A DNA stretch of 64,000 bases from Octopus sinensis (lineage: Eukaryota). This document shows, piece by piece, positions 1 to 12,016 of this stretch. Below the pieces are notes generated by a model, which saw only the letters and a list, made by a program, of their open reading frames with translations, ran no database searches and had not been told where the DNA came from. The DNA is taken from positions 108,128,001 through 108,192,000 of the forward strand of contig NC_042999.1 of the NCBI RefSeq assembly GCF_006345805.1, written 5' to 3'. The stretch's first letter is position 1, and every line of letters starts with the position of its first letter. The position numbers were made by a program, and so were the translations under genes.

Positions 1-62
1 TCCAAGAAACTTGTTACTTCACAACTGTTGTACTTTTTTTCTTAACTCTTGCAATATACCCA
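1..62 (+). CDS. Candidate coding exon, 5' part outside the window (QETCYFTTVVLFFLTLAIYP), hydrophobic
   Basis: Open frame from position 3 ends in phase 0 at a consensus donor CCA|gtaagt (63-68). Phase-compatible with the candidates at 1093, 2641 and 7015. No homolog recognised. Confidence 0.35.
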
Positions 63-645
63 GTAAGTGCATGCTTTTATACATTAGAACAAAATTTTAT
101 ATTTAAATCTGATACCATATTCCCTATTCAGGTTTTCTGAATGCAATAACTAAGTATAAGCTCAGTTAGAGTAATAAATATGTTTTGTAGTGAGTTAATT
201 TGAGTGTTAGGATGTTGAATATTTGCACTCCATTAGGGGTTACATTGATACATTGATTCAACTTTAAATGGCAGGTTTCACTTTGTTCAATATCTATTAA
301 AAAATAAGGTTATTAAATTTTCTTTAACATTGTAGATCTAAGTTATATCCATTTCTTTGAATGCAACTAAAGTTACTATAAAATAAATAAAGTATATATC
401 AATATACCAGTTCTTTATCTATGATACTATTATGTAAGTGACAGAAACAGGATCACATTAAACTGAGGTCTTCTCAATTCTTAAAGTAGTATTTGTTCTC
501 CAACTTTTTTCTTTTCCCATATTTCTTAAAAGTAAATATATAAACAAGCTGAGATGATTTTTTCCAAATGACATCAAACTTCAGAAGCAGCTATCATTTT
601 TGTTGCATTGTATTGTAAGATACTGTGTGTGCATTACCATATGAC

Positions 646-868
646 AGTAGTGGTTTTGGCAGAATTGCAAGAATATTAGGAAAAAGAAAAATGCCTTGCA
701 GTATTCATTCCAGTATTTTGTGTTCTGTGTGTAGATCCTTCTGAGGTCAACTTTGCTTGTCATCCTTCCAACATCAATGATATAAAGTACCATTCAAGAA
801 CTGGGATTTGATAATAATCAGCTACTTTCTTCCCTTCTAAGTTCTGCCCTTGTGCCTAATTTATGAAT
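646..868 (+). mobile_element. Degenerate SINE family B copy
   Basis: Retains tggcagaatt..., ctgaggtcaactttgc..tcatcctt, aagtacc..ctggg and ccttgtgcctaa, shared with the copies at 14094 and 39799. Confidence 0.65.
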
Positions 869-872
869 AGTA

Positions 873-888
873 TACACACACACACACA

Positions 889-941
<53 letters not shown>
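873..941. repeat. (CA)n(TA)n compound microsatellite
   Basis: Seen directly. Confidence 0.95.
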
Positions 942-945
<4 letters not shown>

Positions 946-1092
946 TTTCATAACATTATCATTTTTTTTATTATAGTAATTAAAATATCTGATAAATTAT
1001 AACATGGTTGCATTTACTTTTTTCTTAAAACTATATTATTCAGTACTAAAAGCAATTCTTAATCTCCCATATGTTTCCCTATATACATTTAG

Positions 1093-1157
1093 CAATATGG
1101 ACAAGTTTTATACCTCAGAGGTTTTATATTGTGTGACAGAATATTTGGCACTACAAG
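1093..1157 (+). CDS. Candidate 65-nt coding exon (QYGQVLYLRGFILCDRIFGTT; alternative frame NMDKFYTSEVLYCVTEYLALQ)
   Basis: Acceptor cttaat...tttccctatatacatttag| and donor ACAAG|gtgagt. Two frames are open. Confidence 0.4.
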
Positions 1158-2640
1158 GTGAGTTAATTGAAAAGGATTTAAATAAGTTTTATTTTTTCTT
1201 TAGTAATATTACAGGCTTAAAAGCCAGATGCAGCTAATCTATTTGGAAACACCATTTATTCTATAAATTTTTATATCATTAAATATGGATAAATTGGTCG
1301 CATTATCCTTTTTATCGCAGAGTAAACATGGATATTGATTACAAGAGAAATAGTGTCATAAATACAAATCCATATTTATTAAATTTTACTTTTAAATGAA
1401 TATTGAATTATCTCTTATTTTATCATGATTATTAGTTTTAAATATTATAAAATTGAATTAAAGGTTAAATTTTTATTCATATTTTTATTCTAAACCCTCT
1501 TCTGACACAGGCTTGATGGAATCAAAATGACATTTAAAAAAAAAAAATAAAATAAAAAAAGTAAATATTTCTGCTACACTTAGAGCTTTCATGTCATGAG
1601 AATGACATCCATATCAAATTCTTCAGAAAAGCTGTTTGTGTTGTGAAAACTTTGCAAATTCAAATTATAGTTTGTTTTGCAATATTATTTGAAACAGTAA
1701 ATTTTATCTCAAAATGTAGTAAATCATATCTAAAAAAATGTGCAAATTTGTGGTTAAATATTACATATTTTGTTTGATAGCTTTTATTGATCTAAGTAAA
1801 ACTCGTATGTTAGATAAAATCAAACAACTTTTGGCTTTATTGATCTCATGTTATCTTTCAAACTTTAGCTTTACATTTTCATATTGAATCTTCCTATTTC
1901 TAGAGAAAATTCCTGTACATATATGAATTCTGTTTTTCCCCTTTTTCTTATTCATTTATTTCATATATAAGTTGACAGGTAAAGGATAAGTCAAATAATA
2001 GTGTCACTATAGCTATATTTCAAGTAGATGGTTTATTTCATAAAATTTATATAATTTAACAAGTTACCACATGAATTAATGAAATTAAAAATAAAATGAG
2101 AATTTTTATTTCCTAAAATGTTTTGATGACTGAATACTTTGGTGCTTAACTTCTGGAATCTATTTCATGTGCAAAAAGGAGTATTTTCTATTAAAACACT
2201 TTATCCTGATCATGTTTGATATTTTACATTTTTTAAAAATCCATTACAAATTATTTCAAGTTTTTTTTTTTTTTTAATTTGCTGCAACCAAAGGATTAAG
2301 TATAAGTTAAGCATTATATTTTATATAAAGTAATGTTATATGCAGTTTTGATCTGTCAGAAAAATTATTAAAGAAAATTATTCTGTTCGGGTGCTTAGTC
2401 ATGTATGTCATCTCAGGTGTGTTATTGTTTTAGTTTCAAATATAAAGAATATTTTTCTTTTATTTTTGATAAACATGCATTTTTTTTTGTCTGCCTATCA
2501 AAAATCCACTAGGGGTTAGAATTATGATTTCAGTGGAAGAATCAGTATAATGATATTGAAAATTTCTTGAAGTATTTAGTTATATCAGAGTTTAAATTCC
2601 ACTTCAGTACTGAGAAGTAAACTAACAGACTAATTTTCAG

Positions 2641-2676
2641 AATGATTGGACCAAAATATCACCTTTACTACAGCAA
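2641..2676 (+). CDS. Candidate 36-nt exon (MIGPKYHLYYS in phase 2-2, or NDWTKISPLLQQ in phase 0-0)
   Basis: Acceptor ctaattttcag| and donor GCAA|gtaagc. Phase-compatible with the exon at 1093-1157. Confidence 0.3.
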
Positions 2677-3014
2677 GTAAGCTGACCTAGTATATATACA
2701 CAGGCAATAGATGTAATCAGCAAATTACCATTTATGATTAGTTTTAAGGGAGCAATGGCCATAGATTAGTACAAATTCAGAGAAGGAGGCAGTAAATATC
2801 ATAAAGTAAAAATATCAGGAATTAGAAAAATATAAAAGTAGATAAGAAAATTGGCTTCAAAGGAAGATATTGGCACTAAGATAGAAGTATTTTGCAAAGA
2901 AAGATAAATCTCTCTGAGAGAATTAGAAATGTATTATTTCTATTTTCCAAGAAAGATATGTTGACTGTTCTAATATTAATTTAGATGAATAAAAGAATAA
3001 ATTAATTAATAAGT

Positions 3015-3165
3015 AAGGTGGTGAGCTAGCAGAATCGTTAGCACACTGGGCAGAATGCTTTACGTTCTGAGTTCAAATTCCACCTAGGGCGACTTCGTCT
3101 TTCTTCCTTAATGGCAGTGCCCCAGCATGGCCACAGCTCGTGAACTGAAACTAGATGAAATAAAC
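3015..3165 (+). mobile_element. Short SINE: family B head joined to an L2-type tail
   Basis: Head aaggtggtgagctagcagaatcgttagcac...gagttcaaattcc (B-box-like), then ccagcatggccacagctcgtgaactgaaactagatgaa, the same tail as at 34300. Confidence 0.75.
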
Positions 3166-3454
3166 AATGAAATAAAATGAATAAGGCATATATGGTCAGT
3201 GGGAAGAGAGAGACATAAAGAGAGAACAAAGTAAGGTTTAGAAAGCGGGCTTAAGTTGTTGGATTTTCATGCACTGTTGATTCTGAAGGATGGTAGGTTT
3301 TCTCAAGAACATTAATATTTCTCAAGAACATAATATACCCATTATGTGAATAATCATAAGCACATTAGCATTCATATGTTAGTATTAACAAATGCCTTCA
3401 TATACATTTATATATTTCCACACACACACACACACCACACACACACACACATAT

Positions 3455-4477
3455 AGACAGATGCACAGGAAACTGATTTCCTGATTTCCTCAAATGTCTT
3501 GGAGGTACTCTGGAAGTAGTAAATAATTTTTGAAACCTAGGTGACTTCCAGTAGAGGAGGATGTGCTGAAAGTATAATTGCTAGAATAAGAATAGGGTGG
3601 AGCTAGTTAAGAGAGCTCTTGCATCTGTTGGCAACTAGAGGTCTCTCTCTCCAAGTGAAAGGAAGATTGTATGATGCACGTGTGCAAACTGCAATGCTAC
3701 ATGGCAGTGAGACATGGGCCCTAAATGCAGAAGGCATGCAGAGTCTAGAGAAGAACAAACTTGGTATACTCTGCTGAGTGTGCAGTGTCAGTGTGCATGT
3801 GTGACAGAGCAGTGTATTGAGAAAAAAAGTTAAACATAAGAGGAACTAAATGCAATGTGTAAGAGAGAAAAGACTGCACTAGTTTGGTCATGAGATGCAG
3901 ATGGATGGGAACAGTTATATAAAGAAGTATTTATTACTTAAAGTGGATGGATGTAGTGCAAGGTGGAGACCCATGAAGGTCAGTCTCAAAACACCAAGCC
4001 TTATGAAGAAAATGACAACTAACCTAGATTTGTGGCACATTGTTGTACTCAAGAAGACCTGCCCACCACACCAGAATTGATATCCTAAAGCCAAGGTGCC
4101 ATGTAAAAAGCATTGGTGCTGGTACCACATATAAATCACAGGTATTTGTGCCATTTAAGAAGCACTGGTGATAGTGTCACATAAAAAGCATTGGTGATGG
4201 TACCACATATAAATCACAGGTATTTGTGCCATTTAAGAAGCACTGGTGATAATGTCACATAAAAAGCATTGGTGATGGTGCCACGTAAAAAGTACCTGTG
4301 GTGATGCCATATAAAAACACCCAGTACACTCTGTAAATTGGATGGTATTAGGAAAGGCATCCAGCTGTAGATACCAAGCCAAAACAGACTGTGGAACTTG
4401 GTGTGGCACCTGGCCTGGTCAGCTTCTGTCAAAACCCATGTTAGCATGGTAAACAGATATTAAACGATGATGATGAT
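3455..4477 (+). mobile_element. 5'-truncated RTE-clade LINE: disrupted ORF2 C-terminus, repetitive 3' UTR and (GAT)n tail
   Basis: Translates to LEVVNNF*NLGD..GCAESIIARIRIGW..RELLHLLATRGLSLQVKGRLYDARVQTAMLHGSETW, typical of the RTE region after the RT domain, with stops and frameshifts. Ends taaacgatgatgatgat like the copies at 9567 and 15805. Confidence 0.85.
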
Positions 4478-4491
4478 ATATATTATATATA

Positions 4492-4631
4492 TTCTTTTAC
4501 TTGTTTCAGTCATTTGACTGCAGCCATGCTGGAGCACTGACTTCAAGGGTTTTAGTTAAAGACATCAACCCTAGGACTTATATTTTGTAAGCCTAGTACT
4601 TATTCTATTGGACTCTTTTGCTGAACTGCTA
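4492..4631 (-). mobile_element. SINE family A 3' fragment
   Basis: cttttacttgtttcagtcatttgactgcagccatgctggagc is the reverse complement of the family A tail seen at 51350-51395. Confidence 0.85.
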
Positions 4632-5089
4632 TGAATCAGAAAATAATCCTGGAATAGCTTAACCCAATCTCACAAACACCTAAATGCTTCTTAATGTATA
4701 GTTTTATCTCAATACAGATTAATTCATTGATGAAAAACCTGTGGTTATAAATGTTTGATTTGAACTTAATACTCTCAAAATTGATAACTTCATCAACATC
4801 ACTGGATTAATGTTTGTTTGATTTAGCTCTTTTGGCTCTGAAATTTATCATAATCTCAAGCCTTTCTTGGTCTATCTCTGTAATGATGCCAATGTTATTT
4901 TAATCACTTCTAATATAGGCATAAGACCAGAAATTTGGTGGAGGGCATTAATTAAATTAATTGATATGACATCAGTATTTATTTAAATGATAATGTATAC
5001 CAAACAAAATGTATTAAATTATGGATAGAGAAAAAAAACTCATTCAAAATTTTTAAAAATAATTAATAATATATTAGGTAGGGGGGGGG

Positions 5090-5415
5090 GGGCTCTGGAA
5101 GAGGTCTCAGGGAGTAGCGTCCCTGCCTTCCTGAGCTAGTTTTCCACTACATTTCTTAAAAATCATGGTAGAGGCCTTGGTCTCGAGACCACTCATGTCT
5201 AGAAACAGGTTGGGGGTAAGCAAGGGCATGCTCCTCATAGAAAATCCAACTCCAAAAGAGCCTCATGATAGCAAGGGAGAATGGCACCAAGCCAGCCCAA
5301 AGATTGGGGTGGGCTGCACTTGTCTATCTTGATTGCTATGGCAATGAGGTAGATCCGGCCACCCCGTTAACTGGGACAAAAATCAGATTTAAAACACTGG
5401 ATGACGATGATAATA
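5090..5415 (+). mobile_element. GC-richer RTE-type 3' end (different subfamily)
   Basis: ggtaagcaagggcatgctcctcatagaaaatcc parallels ggaagggcatccagctgtaga of the RTE tails. Ends in gatgacgatgataataat and is preceded by a poly-G run. Confidence 0.5.
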
Positions 5416-5475
5416 ATTCTATTTTTATATAATTTTCACATTATTACTATTATGATAGTGCTGTTTATAATAATA

Positions 5476-5660
5476 GTTTCGAATTTTGGCACAAGGCCTG
5501 CAATTTCAGGGAAGGGGATAATTCAATTACATCGACCCCAGTTTTCAACTGGTATTTATTTTATTGACCCCCTAAGAATGAAATGCAAAGTCAACCTAGG
5601 CAGAATTTGAACCCAGATGGATGAAATACTGCTAAGCATTTTACCTGTCACATTAATGAT
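5476..5660 (-). mobile_element. SINE family B copy
   Basis: tttggcacaaggcctgcaattt...attacatcgaccccag...gcaaagtcaacctaggcagaatttgaacccag is the reverse complement of family B. Confidence 0.8.
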
Positions 5661-7014
5661 GTTGATTGTCAATATTGAAGGTATTTAACTTAAAGTTATA
5701 CAAGATGCAAAAAGAAGGCTAGGAATTGCAGTGGTAAATCCAAAACTTAATATTTTGCTAACTATCAAACTAAGTATATAGAACAAACACACAAAAAAGG
5801 AATCATACTTTAGAGATAGTATCTGTGAAGCACTAGTAACAGAGGGTCCCTTGTAACACTTACTTTTAGAAATACAATGATCCAAGGATTTGTTCTATGG
5901 AAATTTGTAACCAATGATGCTGTCATTTCTCAAATTGCAATATAAAAAGAATATTTATAAGCCACAGCAGTTACGTTTTAGAAGAGCTATTTTGGCCATT
6001 TCAAAGCACTCAAATTTGTTGCATTCACTTTTCATTTATTTCTTGATGAACATTTTTTGTCACATTACTGTCACTGGATCACTTCTACAGTTGCATTACA
6101 ACTTGACCAAATTGCAGATGAGCAATAAAAATTTTGACACCTCAAAAAATAAATGGAAAGTGAATTTAACAGCTTTTCCCCCCTGTTTTTAGATGGCTAC
6201 AATGGCACTTCTGTGAATAGTTGCTTCAGAGTCACCACATAGTCTTGGATCAAGTCACTTCCTAGACAAATACAACTCTGAAATAACAAAGCTATTTTTC
6301 TTAATATTCCAGTTATAGTTTTATGTTGATTACTTACTTAGATAAAGCTGTGTATTCTAAATTTAATTAAATCAAATCATACAATAATTGTATTATAAAG
6401 TATAAAGCTATAAGACAACCTTGTATAATACCCAATTAAAAAAAAGCATTATAATTAGCTGACAGTGTTGTTACTCATATAATGATCAGATAATGTTTCT
6501 TTGGAATATTACTACAATGATAAGGGAAGAGAAGCCAACAGAACCCAGCAGAGAGGATTTGGCACTTTCTTTCTTCTGTTGAATTACTACAGAGAACAAA
6601 TGTCTTCTCTCTGTTAATGGCACTTCAATTAATAATTTGACTATCATGTAAAAGCTGCATGACAAGTTTTAATTTGATGCTGCAATCAACAAAATGAAAA
6701 TATGCCTAAAGGGTAAAGATTCAACTGCCACATATGCACACAACATAACTCATTTACTTGTCACTGTAAAAACGAGAGTGCTACACTGCTCTGAAAATAT
6801 CTATGCTGCTGACCAAAATATCTACGAAGTTGCTGATTCAAGTTTAAGGGTCATCAGTTATTTAAGTTTGGAAACTGATGTATATTATTTTATGTAGAAA
6901 TCAATAACCAAATAAATGAAATATCTTAAAGAAACAATCAGAGAAATACTGAAATAGATGGAAATATAAGAAAACTAATACAATTTAATGATAAGATTTT
7001 TACTTTTTATGTAG

Positions 7015-7102
7015 CCGTGGTGCTGTTTTGATCATAGAATTCTTTGACATTTATGTTCTTGAGATGGTTACAGGGCATAAACAGCACCACTGGTTCAATA
7101 CT
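7015..7102 (+). CDS. Candidate exon (RGAVLIIEFFDIYVLEMVTGHKQHHWFNT)
   Basis: Acceptor tttactttttatgtag|. The only open frame is the phase-2 one, which matches the previous candidate. Donor uncertain (ACT|gtaaag or ATG|gttaca). Confidence 0.25.
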
Positions 7103-9566
7103 GTAAAGTACTACAAAACTAAAGTTATCATTTTAGATTAAGAAATGTTCTTCTTTCAATGAATTCTATTTCATCAAGAGACAATTGACTGACACATGAA
7201 TAGAAGAAAGTACTTCGTACACAAAACTGTTTCATCTCTTTTAATAATTCTTACTTATTGATGCCTGGTCATTCATAGCAGTGCTTTGGTTCATTTCTCT
7301 TTTTTATATATATATTTTATAAATTCTTTCCATGTCTGAATTTACATCCTAGACAAAACACATTACTTCAAAACTAATGTGTTTTGTATGCATTTTAACG
7401 TATTCTTACATTTTACCAAAGAACTTAAAACAAACATTAAGGAGTAGCAATAATAATATCTAAACATTTATAAGATAATTTTCTTTAGAATTCTTTTATT
7501 TTACTTTTTACAGAATTCTTTTACTTTTGTAATATATTATTCTGGAAAAACTAGCACCTGAAAATATACTATAATTTCATTTCTTTTTAACCAGATATAC
7601 ATCGCATAGTATATCCAGTCCACATGCCTGAGTGTTTTGTCCCCACCCCCACTCCATTAAAGTTCTCTGTTCTTTTCCAGTTATTATCATATGTGAACAA
7701 CTAACTATGTGTAACTTGATAGATTTTGTTACACTACATCAGTCAACAATAGCATCAATATAGCAAAGTGATGGCACTTACAATCAACAAGTTTGATATA
7801 GCAGAGCTTTTGAGTACTTACATTATGTTATTAAAACTTCTTATTTGGCTTGGAAGATTGAAAGGCCACTGAAAAGTATAGTATAGATGTAATTCAGAAC
7901 TGGAAACTACTTAATAACACTATGAATTATAGACTAGCATTTCACCATTATGGATTTGTTCTATTGATTAAATATAGTGTGTTAGCTTAGTGAAACATTA
8001 TCATTTCCTAAGATGTTGAGCTAAGTGTATCCCATCTGTGCTGGTTATGTTGTCCTTAGGATTAGGGCTTGGAATGGTTGGCATTAGAAGGTAATATATT
8101 AGAAATTACTTGTAAAATTCTTCTTAGATAATTTATTATCAAATTGATTGATATATAATATAGCACATCAATACATTTCAAACTTATGTAGTTTTTGAAA
8201 TGGTATGTAAATATGCATATATGTTTGTTTAAATGTATATTGATAAGGGCAATCAAAGCCAAATGGTTAAGTTTGCTTTGTAAGTATGAAGTCCTGATTT
8301 CAATCCTTCCAAGAGGAAATAGCTCTTCTATCATAGTCTCAGTTCTACTCAAGCTGTATGAGTGATATTGAGTAGACAAAAACTCTGTGGAGGCTCCCAG
8401 CATGGAAAGAAACAGTAATTTAAAGCAAACGGTTTTGTTATTTCTCTGTTTCATACTGATTCTATCTGAAGGTTGGGAATGCATATAACTGGAATATTCA
8501 GCCACTTACACTAGAATTCAATGAGTTGGTAGTTCAGTTGATTAAAAGCCTGCAATATTGAAACTGACTGAACAATTTTATATACACACATTGAGTTAAG
8601 ATATATCAATTGGAGTAGTTATAAAATGGCATGCTGAACTGTGTCCATTGTGTCACCTCCACATCATTCTTTCCATTCATCAAATTAAGAAATTAAGGGT
8701 ACAATTATTTTTTATCCAGTTTGTTTACATGATTGAATAATTTAGTGTCAACTCTAATATTTCAAAAACTATTGAAGAAAGTCTTATAAATGCTTACTAA
8801 ACAAAATTGACGTTTTGTATTTCAAAATATTAATTTTACTGCAAGTTATTTCAATATATTCTGGGAAAGTACAAGTTATATGATAAAACAATGTATTAGA
8901 GATATAAAATTATGATTTGTCAAACTATTAACTTCATCTTCAGAGATGAAAGATTTTACAATATCTAAATTTACATTGTTAATATATTATGTTTTGAAAA
9001 TTTGATCTCGGATCACTATCTGGTTGGTGTTTTATTCTTGGATGTGTATATTGTACCAGATAAGATTTGAGCTGAGAACTAAACTAAGGATGGTAGTGAT
9101 CTTATCTATTAGACCACGAAGTTTTGTCCAATTAACTTCACAATTTTAGCTATTTATATTAATCTTTCAGTAAAGGCAGCCATACTGAGCAGATGTTACC
9201 ATTAGCATTCAAGATTATCTTATCAGCAAACATTATATTTATTGCTACTTTGATTTTCATAAGTTTCCATTTAGTTCTTGATCAGTTATTAAAATATCAT
9301 TCTACAGCAGCACACACCAATAGCCTGATAGATAAGATAGTTGTTAAGCTTAATTCAGAAATAGAGAATCCTAGTTTGAATCCAGTCTGAGATTGAATGC
9401 ATATCCAGGACTAAGAGAGTTGGTGAAACTGATTAAAACATTATATAGATGTAATTAATGAATAAAATATTCAATTACTGATTAGTAGAAGGTAGCTCTC
9501 GTTCAGTGTATACTGCTGCATTAAACACTCTGTGTGTCTTCCAGTATTATATTATACACAAATAGC

Positions 9567-9840
9567 CGTTGCTAGCCACGGCCAGTGCCAGCCTCGCCTG
9601 GCCTCCATGCCGGTGGCACGTAAAAGGCACCATCCGATCGTGGCCGTTTGCCAGCCACGTCTGGCACGTAAAAAGCACCCACTACACTCACGGAGTGGTT
9701 GGCGTTAGGAAGGGCACCCAGCCGTAGAAACATTGCCAGATCAGACTGGGCCTAGTGCAGCCTTCTGACTTCCCAGACCCCAGTTGAACCGTCCAACCCA
9801 TGCTAGCATGGAAAGTGGATGCTAAACGATGATGATGATG
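9567..9840 (+). mobile_element. Young 5'-truncated RTE 3'-UTR insertion with 9-bp TSD ACAAATAGC
   Basis: gtgccggtggcacgtaaaa units, ggttggcgttaggaaggg and a (GAT)n tail. Identical acaaatagc at 9558-9566 and 9841-9849. CpGs are retained. Confidence 0.9.
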
Positions 9841-10979
9841 ACAAATAGCATGATAATCATTACAAGTTAGAGATGAACTAACATATGACAGTACTTTAGA
9901 CTTCCAGTATAAATGCCATTGTAAAGAATAAGAAAGTGAATATAAAATATAAAAGATTTATTAACTGATCTTTGTATCGAAATTAATGTATAAATCAACT
10001 CTGGAATTTCTATGTATAACATACACACATTCACACAAAAGTATAATAAATGCTAATACAAATAAGTTGATTTTAGGTATGAAAATTACTTAGAAATATA
10101 TTTATGACAATATTTTATGAAGCAGTTTTTTTTTGTTTTTTTTTTTAGCTTAAAGTTATTTAAAGTCTATCAATTCTATGAGCAAACTAAAGCAGATGTG
10201 CTGAGACACACACAATTTACTCTTTGCATAGACAAAATACATCCAGCTGCTCAAGTGTTTTCACTTTTAGAAATTTATTAGGCTCTGTTATTCAATAAGA
10301 TGAAATTGGCTTGAAATTTCCAATTTGAGTTGTTTTATGATCATTAATAAAAGACTTGCTCAGGTTTTTATTACATTCCATATCAAACCAAAGAGTATTG
10401 CATTCTGTGATTTGAAGTGAAGTATGGTGTTATCTAAATTGCTCTACAACTTAGCCAGAATTGTTTTCTTGAAAATTTACAGCTTTTGTTACTAAAATGG
10501 TATTTCCCTTCTTAAATCTTAAACCAACAAGGCAAATCATTACATTCTTAAATTTGCATCTTAAAGATATAAATCTCCCATTAGAGTGGATAATCTTATT
10601 TTTGGAAAATCTAAATCTTAGGTTTGGGAATCTCTTCTGTAATTTAATCTCTTTATAATTATTTTCAGCAGATTGTTTTTAGCATTTTAGAGCTTTTAAT
10701 ATTCAAATTACTTGATATCCATTAAAGATCATTTTAATATTCTCCCAATTACATTTGACTCAAATTAATTTAAACAACTTCTTGGGAAGGGTGAATGAGT
10801 TAAATAAAGGGTCATACTAAAATAATACTTAAAGATGGAGTATTCATTGAAGAACTCAGATTCTAGAAATTTGAAGAGTTAAAAGATTGATGAGTTTTTT
10901 ATTTCCTTAATTAAGCAAATATTCTTGCTATTTATTCCATACTATTGACTGAAAATACTTCCTCAAGAATGCTTTCCTC

Positions 10980-11211
10980 TTAACTATTTAGGTACCATGA
11001 ATCTGTGGAAATACACAGCCTTTACTTCATTTAATTTTGAAAATAATGAAGAATTTAGTAAATCACTGTCATGATTAATTGGGTGTTTCAAAGATAAATC
11101 AACATGAAACTTTGATGAATAGTTTTAATTTAGATAATTTTAAAGCTGGAAGTTTGTATCATAGAATCAGCGAAGGTGGGGTATCGGGCAGGCTGGTATC
11201 AAAAGGGTTAA
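10980..11211 (-). mobile_element. piggyBac-like MITE (type 2), TTAA at both ends
   Basis: Ends ggtatcaaaagggttaa. The body is the reverse complement of 52758-52982. The same terminus recurs at about 15690-15710. Confidence 0.6.
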
Positions 11212-11568
11212 AATAATGTTGCATTCACAAGACATCATTTTCAACTTACTCCTTTATGATTGATGTTGATCTATTTTATTCAGTGGAAACCCATTTTCGT
11301 ATTTCTAAACATGATTCAATATACAATCTTTGTTGTCTACAATAGCATCTACTATTTAAACTACTTCCACATCAAACTAGGGAGCAAGCTTCAGCCAAAA
11401 AGTAAGTGCATTTTGAAGAATGTAATCCAGGATCGTTACTCTTGAGACACTTTTGATCATGACTCCATTGCATCAGGGCTAACTTTGGGCTAAATAACCA
11501 CTGCTTTCCCACCCATTACTGCTTACTATTAACTAATAATATACTTAATGTTCAAGACATCTTTCTAT

Positions 11569-11736
11569 AGGCGTAGGAGTGGCTGTGTGGTAAGTAGCTT
11601 GCTTACGAACCACATGGTTCCAGGTTCAGTCCCACTGCATGGCACCTTGGGTAAGTGTCTTCTACTATAGCCTCAGGCTGACCAAAGCCTTGTGAGTGGA
11701 TTTGGTAGCCGGAAACTGAAAGAAGCCTGTTGTATA

Positions 11737-11790
<54 letters not shown>

Positions 11791-12016
11791 ATATGTACCT
11801 GTGTGTATACTTTTGTGTGTCTGTGTTTGTCCCCACCAACATCGCTTGACAACTGATGGTGGTGTGTTTACGTCCCCGGAACTTAGCAGTTCAGCAAAAG
11901 AGACCGATAGAATAAGTACTAGGCTTACAAAGAATAAGTCCTGGGGTCGATTAGCTCGACTAAAGGTTGTGCTCCAGCATGGCCACAGTCAAATGACTGA
12001 AACAAGCAAAAAAAAA
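11569..12016 (+). mobile_element. Full-length SINE family A (tRNA-derived head, internal TA/TG microsatellite, L2-type tail)
   Basis: Head aggcgtaggagtggctgtgtggtaag (A-box) ..ggttcagtccc (B-box); ccttgggtaagtgtc central domain; microsatellite at about 11734-11800; tail cagtcaaatgactgaaacaag. Confidence 0.92.

Noticed and set aside
4095-4325. Regularly spaced short repeats resembling a CRISPR array
   Set aside because: Eukaryotic context, spacers are themselves duplicated and not unique, there are no cas genes, and the array is part of an RTE 3' UTR.
8062-8505. 147-aa minus-strand ORF
   Set aside because: Runs through a degenerate repeat and AT-rich low-complexity DNA, with no domain motif or coherent splice frame.
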